From NCBI RefSeq assembly GCF_006345805.1, contig NC_043015.1:25172001-25236000 (forward strand): 64,000 bases of DNA. Direction: 5' to 3'. The notes beneath the pieces are model-generated. The model was not told the DNA's origin and made no database searches. It saw only the letters and a list, made by a program, of their open reading frames with translations. Source of the stretch: Octopus sinensis. Its lineage: Eukaryota. How positions within the stretch are numbered: the first letter of the stretch is position 1; each line of letters opens with the position of its first letter. Positions 63,677 through 64,000 of this stretch are shown here, piece after piece. A program made the translations under genes and the position numbers.

Positions 63677-64000
63677 GATGACCATCATCATGTAAGATCA
63701 GCTTTTTATACTTTCATGAGTTGGGTGATTTGACCAGCATTGGCAAACCAGGGAGCTGCACCAGGTTCCAGTCATCTGTTTTGGCTTGATTTCTATGTTT
63801 GGATGTCTTCCCTAATGCCTACCACCTCACAGAGTGTACTGAGTGTTTTTTACATGGTTCTAGCACCATGGGGTTGCCAATGAACTTACATACATTGAAC
63901 AAGAACAGCTCAGTGAAGAAGTGCTGATCTCCAATGGTGGAGAGAACCTGTGAAAGAGGTAGACCCTGGAGGACATGGGAAGAGTTTGTGAAGCATGATC

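Overview
AT-rich, repeat-dense eukaryotic genomic DNA. The SINE families and microsatellite content look like an octopod cephalopod (inference). The only host gene I can support is CCDC39 on the minus strand, with two exons (24401-24529 and 8548-8739) whose lengths (129 and 192 nt) and sequence match human exons 6 and 7 as I recall them. I found no other CCDC39 exon, so the rest of the window is probably intronic. It holds a near-intact ~6.9 kb RTE LINE (one premature stop, a PHD-type finger inside the RT region, a duplicated 5' region, a tandemly amplified 3' UTR) and a full-length degenerate Tx1/L1-clade LINE with a 17-bp target-site duplication. There are also decayed mariner and maT elements, a probable solo LTR, Helitron-like ends, CR1/RTE/Penelope fragments and many SINEs. 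The most interesting signal is a set of minimal hammerhead-ribozyme (HHR) motifs in at least four unrelated short repeat families (Penelope pLTR/retrozyme-like). The Tx1 LINE has inserted at a non-A-rich site about 25 nt upstream of one HHR, and two empty copies of that target site are present in the same window. All alignments and folds were done by eye; no searches were run.
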